From an uncultured Acidobacteriota bacterium (lineage in GTDB: Bacteria; Acidobacteriota; Thermoanaerobaculia; Multivoradales; JAHEKO01), in NCBI GenBank assembly GCA_963713825.1, contig CAVQNG010000004.1, forward strand, positions 1-64,000: 64,000 nucleotides of DNA, in the 5' to 3' direction. Shown here piece by piece: positions 59,667 through 64,000 of the stretch. The position numbers and the translations under genes are program-made. Every line of letters starts with the position of its first letter. The stretch's first letter is position 1. The notes below the pieces were generated by a model. That model searched no databases, was not told the DNA's origin, and was given only the letters and a program-made list of their open reading frames with translations.

Positions 59667-60809
59667 ATGTTCGGCAAGCGAATCGAGCTGTTTCGGCTGT
59701 TCGGAATCCCCCTTCGAATCGACCTGAGCTGGTTCATCATCGCCGCCTTCCTTACCTGGTCGCTGGCCGAGAGCTTCTTCCCATCTCTAGCCGTGGGTCT
59801 GGCGCCAGCGACTTACTGGGCCATGGGAGTCCTGGGAGCTCTGGGGTTGTTCGCCTCCGTCGTGCTTCACGAACTGGCACATGCTTTGGTGGCTCGCCGC
59901 TACGGCATGTCGATCCGCGGCATCACTCTGTTCATTTTTGGTGGTGTCGCCGAGTTGGAGACCGAGCCACCCAGCGCCAAGGCCGAGTTCATGGTCGCCA
60001 TCGCCGGACCCATCGCCAGCGTGTTGATCGCCGCCACCTGCTTTCTGCTCATCGCCGCCCCATGGGGATTCTCTGGCACATCGATCGCGTTCGCTGTTTT
60101 GACCTACTTGGCCTTCATCAATCGAATGCTGGTCTTTTTCAACATGATCCCGGCCTTCCCCCTCGATGGCGGGAGAGTTCTCCGCTCCGTGCTCTGGCAG
60201 TGGAAGGGCGACCTGCCCTGGGCCACCTCCATCACCTCGCGAATCGGCAGCGGTTTCGGAATCGCCCTTATCGCGCTCGGCGGATTGCTGATGGTCCTCG
60301 GCCAGAGCGGTTTCAGCGGCCTGTGGTACATCCTGATCGGCATGTTCCTGCGCAACGCCGCTCGCATGTCGTACAAGCAGGTGATGCTGCGCAACGCGCT
60401 GGAAGGAGAGCTTGTCAGCCGCTTCCTGCGGCCCGAGCTGCTGGGCGCACCGCGTTCCATTTCTGTGGCCGAGCTGGTCGAAAACTACTTCAACCGCTAT
60501 CCAGTGCAGTCGATACCAGTCCTCGACGGGGCGCGTCTCCTGGGCTGCGTCTCAATCGAACAGATCAAGGAGCTCTCCCCCGACGAGTGGAGCGGACTGA
60601 CAGCTGGAGCCATTGCCGTCCCGTGCCCGCCGCAGCGTTTGATCACCCCCGATGGTGACGCGATGGCAGCATTGACGCGAATGAGTCAGAGCAAGAGCTC
60701 TCATCTCATGGTGGTCGAAGAAGATCGGTTTCTCGGCATTGTGGCGGCGCAGGATCTGCTTGAATTCCTGGCATCGCAGACCAAACTCGAGGCCTCTGAG
60801 GTTGCTTGA
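59667..60809 (+). CDS. Site-2 protease (M50) with CBS domains
   Basis: HELAH, AGP, NMIPAFPLDGG; C-terminal CBS pair. Confidence 0.92.
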   Translation: MFGKRIELFRLFGIPLRIDLSWFIIAAFLTWSLAESFFPSLAVGLAPATYWAMGVLGALGLFASVVLHELAHALVARRYGMSIRGITLFIFGGVAELETEPPSAKAEFMVAIAGPIASVLIAATCFLLIAAPWGFSGTSIAFAVLTYLAFINRMLVFFNMIPAFPLDGGRVLRSVLWQWKGDLPWATSITSRIGSGFGIALIALGGLLMVLGQSGFSGLWYILIGMFLRNAARMSYKQVMLRNALEGELVSRFLRPELLGAPRSISVAELVENYFNRYPVQSIPVLDGARLLGCVSIEQIKELSPDEWSGLTAGAIAVPCPPQRLITPDGDAMAALTRMSQSKSSHLMVVEEDRFLGIVAAQDLLEFLASQTKLEASEVA

Positions 60810-60893
60810 CACCCCAGTGGATCACGGGATAGCCTGCCGCCCAACCACGCTAGAGAGAGTTCACCTCATCAGTACGATCATGGAGGCCAGAGA

Positions 60894-62453
60894 TTGAGCG
60901 TTGAGGGACAAGCCCGAGAACAATGGGGCACGAGAATAGGCTTGGTTCTGGCCATGGCCGGCAATGCCGTGGGGCTGGGCAACTTCCTGCGATTCCCGGT
61001 GCAAGCTGCCCAGAACGGTGGCGGCACCTTCATGATCCCGTACTTCATTTCGTTCCTACTGCTGGGCATCCCCATGATGTGGATCGAATGGGGAATCGGC
61101 CGCTACGGCGGTACTCACGGCCACGGGTCGGTACCCGGCATGTTCGATTTGTTGACCGATCGCAAGAAGCCCTGGGCCAAGTACCTCGGCATTCTGGGCG
61201 TTGTCATGCCTTTGGTGGTCTTCATTTACTACACCTATGTCGTGTCGTGGATGATGGGCTTCAGCTTCTTCAGCCTCACCGGCGACTTCTTCGGACTCGA
61301 CAACGTCGATGACATGCGCAACTACCTGTACTCCTACCAAAACATCTTCGAAACCTCCTCACATGGAGGTTGGGTTGCGCTGCTCTTCTTCCTGATCACC
61401 ATCAGCTTTCTGGGTTGGGTCCTGGCGCGCGGCATCAGCGCCGGGATCGAAAAGCTGGCACTGATTGGCATGCCCATCCTCTTCCTGTTCGCCTTCCTGC
61501 TGCTGGCGCGGGTCTTGACTCTGCCTCCCGTAGAAGCCTCGCCAGCCGAGGGTCTCAACTTCATCTGGAATCCCGACTGGAAGAGCCTCGGTAACGCCAA
61601 GGTATGGCTCGCCGCAGCAGGCCAGATGTTCTTCACCCTTTCGGTCGGAATGGGAAGCATCCAGACCTATGCCTCGTACCTCCGCAAGAAAGACGATGTA
61701 GCACTGACCGGTCTCTCCACGGCCTCGACGAACGAGTTCGCAGAGGTCGTTCTGGGTGGCACCATCGCCATTCCGGCAGCAGTCGTCTTCTTCGGAGTAG
61801 CGGGTGCAACGGCCATCGCCAACCGGGGATCCTACGACCTCGGAATCGTTGCCATGGGGGTCGTGTTTCAAGGTCTTCCGGGCCCCCAGATTCTGGGTCA
61901 GTTGGCGGCCTTCCTGTGGTTCTTCCTGCTCTTCATTGCGGGAGTCACTTCCTGCGTCGCGCTCGCCAGTCCGACGATCGCCTTTCTGCAGGAAGAGATC
62001 GGCCTGACGCGACGCAACGCCGCCAGGTCTGTAGCGGCACTCGGATTGGTGCTCGGCCTGTTTCATGTCGTCTTCTACCAGAAGGGTGTCTTGGACGAGT
62101 GGGATTACTGGGCTGGAACGTTCGGCCTGGTGCTCTTCGCGACGATCGAGATCATCCTCTTTTCCTTCGTCTTCGGTATCGACCGCGGTTGGGACGAGCT
62201 GCATGAGGGTGCCGACATCAAGATCCCCAGAATCTACAAGCCGATCATGAAGTGGGTGACACCCCTGTTTCTCATCACCCTGTTGACCTGGTGGACGGTG
62301 ACCGAGGCCATTCCGAATGTTCTGATGAAAGGGGTGACCGAGGCCGGTAACATCCCATACCTCTGGCTCGCGCGTATCCTCATGATCGCCCTGGTGGTCG
62401 TCGGGGCGATATTGATTCGGCGGTCGTGGGTTCACAGGACCATGGATTCGTAG
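60894..62453 (+). CDS. NSS/SNF-family sodium-dependent transporter (LeuT-like)
   Basis: AGNAVGLGNFLRFP, GGGTFMIPY, AAGQMFFTLSVG. Confidence 0.93.
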   Translation: MSVEGQAREQWGTRIGLVLAMAGNAVGLGNFLRFPVQAAQNGGGTFMIPYFISFLLLGIPMMWIEWGIGRYGGTHGHGSVPGMFDLLTDRKKPWAKYLGILGVVMPLVVFIYYTYVVSWMMGFSFFSLTGDFFGLDNVDDMRNYLYSYQNIFETSSHGGWVALLFFLITISFLGWVLARGISAGIEKLALIGMPILFLFAFLLLARVLTLPPVEASPAEGLNFIWNPDWKSLGNAKVWLAAAGQMFFTLSVGMGSIQTYASYLRKKDDVALTGLSTASTNEFAEVVLGGTIAIPAAVVFFGVAGATAIANRGSYDLGIVAMGVVFQGLPGPQILGQLAAFLWFFLLFIAGVTSCVALASPTIAFLQEEIGLTRRNAARSVAALGLVLGLFHVVFYQKGVLDEWDYWAGTFGLVLFATIEIILFSFVFGIDRGWDELHEGADIKIPRIYKPIMKWVTPLFLITLLTWWTVTEAIPNVLMKGVTEAGNIPYLWLARILMIALVVVGAILIRRSWVHRTMDS

Positions 62454-62489
62454 GTAACACGGGCGACCATCCACACTCGGGAGCACTCC

Positions 62490-62606
62490 ATGACGCCATT
62501 CGCTCTGTTCTTCATGTTCACCAGCATGGCCTGTGTCACGCTTCTGGCCGGCTGGTGTCTTTACCGAATCCTCACCACCCCTGCCAAGCCGGACGATGGG
62601 GACTGA
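62490..62606 (+). CDS. 38-aa single-TM protein, candidate small subunit of the NSS transporter
   Basis: MTPFALFFMFTSMACVTLLAGWCLYRILTTPAKPDDGD*; GGGAG ribosome-binding site; not in the ORF track. Confidence 0.65.
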   Translation: MTPFALFFMFTSMACVTLLAGWCLYRILTTPAKPDDGD

Positions 62607-62640
62607 CCTCGGGCACCGGCCCGAACCTGGAGCTTCGACC

Positions 62641-63072
62641 ATGAAAAAGACAGCGGCGGCGGCCACAGTCTTGGTCCTCGGAATAGTCCTGATCAACAGC
62701 TGCGGAGGTACAGAGGCTCCGGAGTCCGACGTGCCGCCGAGGTCCTACGAAATGCGAGGCATGGTCCGCCAGATCTCGACGCCGGACGCCGCAGAGCGCC
62801 AGATCTGGATCCACCACGAAGCCATCCCCGAGTTTGTCGACATTCGCGGTAACACGGCACCCATGGATGCCATGACCATGCCCTTCCACCTCACTGAAGC
62901 CGTGGATCTGTCGGAAGTAGAGGTGGGAGACAAGGTGAGCTTCCGCCTCGACGTCGACTGGGGTGCCGGCGTGCCGGCCCGCATCGGAAATCTGGAAGTA
63001 CTAGAGCCCGACACTCCTCTCGCCTTCGAGGAAGCCGGCACCGAAGAGTCCGCCGAGCACGGCGACCACTGA
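62641..63072 (+). CDS. CusF-like copper-binding lipoprotein
   Basis: Lipobox-like INSC; IHHEAIP..MDAMTMPF; VGDKVSF. Confidence 0.75.
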   Translation: MKKTAAAATVLVLGIVLINSCGGTEAPESDVPPRSYEMRGMVRQISTPDAAERQIWIHHEAIPEFVDIRGNTAPMDAMTMPFHLTEAVDLSEVEVGDKVSFRLDVDWGAGVPARIGNLEVLEPDTPLAFEEAGTEESAEHGDH

Positions 63073-63112
63073 TCACCTGCCCGGACAACCTGCCTCTGGA
63101 TGGACTCCGACC

Positions 63113-63781
63113 TCAGCCTGCTGCGGCGAGGCTGTCGAGGAAACCCTGGCAACGAGTCCTGAATTCGTCGGTCCACTCGTGACCGCCGGAGAAGAGCTCC
63201 ACATCGGCCTCACAACCCAGGGAACGCAGGATCTCGAGGTCCGATTCGAGCTTCTCCTCGCTGTACCACTCGTCCGAAAGGCCCCGGCCGATCAGCACTC
63301 GTGGCCTGGACGCCAGGTCCCTGCCGGCCAGCTCGGGAGGAACGTCCCCGCCCAAGGCCACAACGCCGTGACAGAGATGGTCGACACCTGCGGCGGCTCG
63401 GTATGCCATGGCGGTCCCTTGTGAGAAGCCGAGGTAGACGAGCGGTGCGGCGATCTGCTCTGTTTCGACGACCCGAGCGACGACATCACCGACGAACGCA
63501 ATGTTGTCAGCGATGGCGAGCTCTCTGTCCTGTCGGGTCATCCAGCTGGCCACGACCTCCTGAGACCGGGTGTTGTAGAACCGATTCAAGCCCTGGATCG
63601 AAACCACGGTCCAGGCTCCGATGCCCGGAATGGTTTCGACCTCGGCCAGCATGTCGGCGGCGCTCATTCCATAGCCATGCGTCGCAATCAGCAGGCCGTG
63701 GGAACCGCTCTTCGCTTGACGTATCAGATATCGGCCGTGTACGCGGGCTGGTAGGACTTCGACCCTGGCTTCACTTCCCAT
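63113..63781 (-). CDS. Phospholipase/carboxylesterase (alpha/beta hydrolase)
   Basis: HGYG, GFSQG, DEWY, GGH. Confidence 0.85.
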   Translation of the reverse strand: MGSEARVEVLPARVHGRYLIRQAKSGSHGLLIATHGYGMSAADMLAEVETIPGIGAWTVVSIQGLNRFYNTRSQEVVASWMTRQDRELAIADNIAFVGDVVARVVETEQIAAPLVYLGFSQGTAMAYRAAAGVDHLCHGVVALGGDVPPELAGRDLASRPRVLIGRGLSDEWYSEEKLESDLEILRSLGCEADVELFSGGHEWTDEFRTRCQGFLDSLAAAG

Positions 63782-64000
63782 CCGCGGCCTTCCGGCGGCG
63801 CTTGGACCGATCGAGTCCGGCCGCCAGTCGTTCGACTTCGCCCGCGAGTAACTCTGGGAGATCCTCTCTACCGTGATTCTCCTCGACCAACCGAACCAGG
63901 GCGCTGCCGACGACGACCCCATCCGCCACCTTGCCGACTGCAGACACCTGCTCCGGAGAGGAGATCCCGAAGCCGACCGCCAGAGGCAGGTCCACCTTGC
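63771..64000 (-). CDS. trpA: Tryptophan synthase alpha chain, 3' part (window edge)
   Basis: [26 protein letters not shown]. Confidence 0.9.
   Translation of the reverse strand, partial: KVDLPLAVGFGISSPEQVSAVGKVADGVVVGSALVRLVEENHGREDLPELLAGEVERLAAGLDRSKRRRKAADGK

Noticed and set aside
24661-62696. Long antisense ORFs (e.g. 24661-25938, 26635-27873, 45611-47032, 61359-62696)
   Set aside because: They are shadows of real genes in high-GC DNA and carry no recognisable motifs.
1-64000. tRNA, rRNA, prophage or defence systems
   Set aside because: None was recognisable by eye; a tRNAscan, Rfam or DefenseFinder run would be needed to exclude them formally.

Overview
This is GC-rich bacterial sequence, probably from a long-read metagenome assembly. 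It appears to be two unrelated segments joined near position 8010. Segment 1 (1 to ~8010) is heavily frameshifted and carries an ArnT-like glycosyltransferase, an HTH/Zn-ribbon regulator, a MoxR-DUF58-transglutaminase operon and a truncated Cache sensor. Segment 2 opens with a truncated subtilase and an IS3 remnant. It then has a corrinoid-dependent demethylation operon (two non-pyrrolysine MttB-family genes, corrinoid protein, methyl-THF transferase, RACo/RamA-type activator, DUF1638), divergent from an Lrp regulator and a Rieske oxygenase. Next come a PadR/membrane pair and a photoprotection island: C30-type carotenoid genes with no visible crtM/crtB, an ABC exporter, SRPBCC proteins, a CarH-like regulator, a photolyase and a secreted protein. 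The rest holds amino-acid and D-amino-acid catabolic genes, glycosyltransferases, cls, transporters and the 3' end of trpA. The best candidate for a new system is the photoprotection island. Its CarH-like regulator has Tyr where the cobalt-ligand His is expected. A 9-bp tandem repeat (consensus TGAATGTTT) overlaps three promoters in the island. A long rod-like RNA structure lies in the photolyase leader. All calls come from motif reading by eye; no database search or folding program was run.
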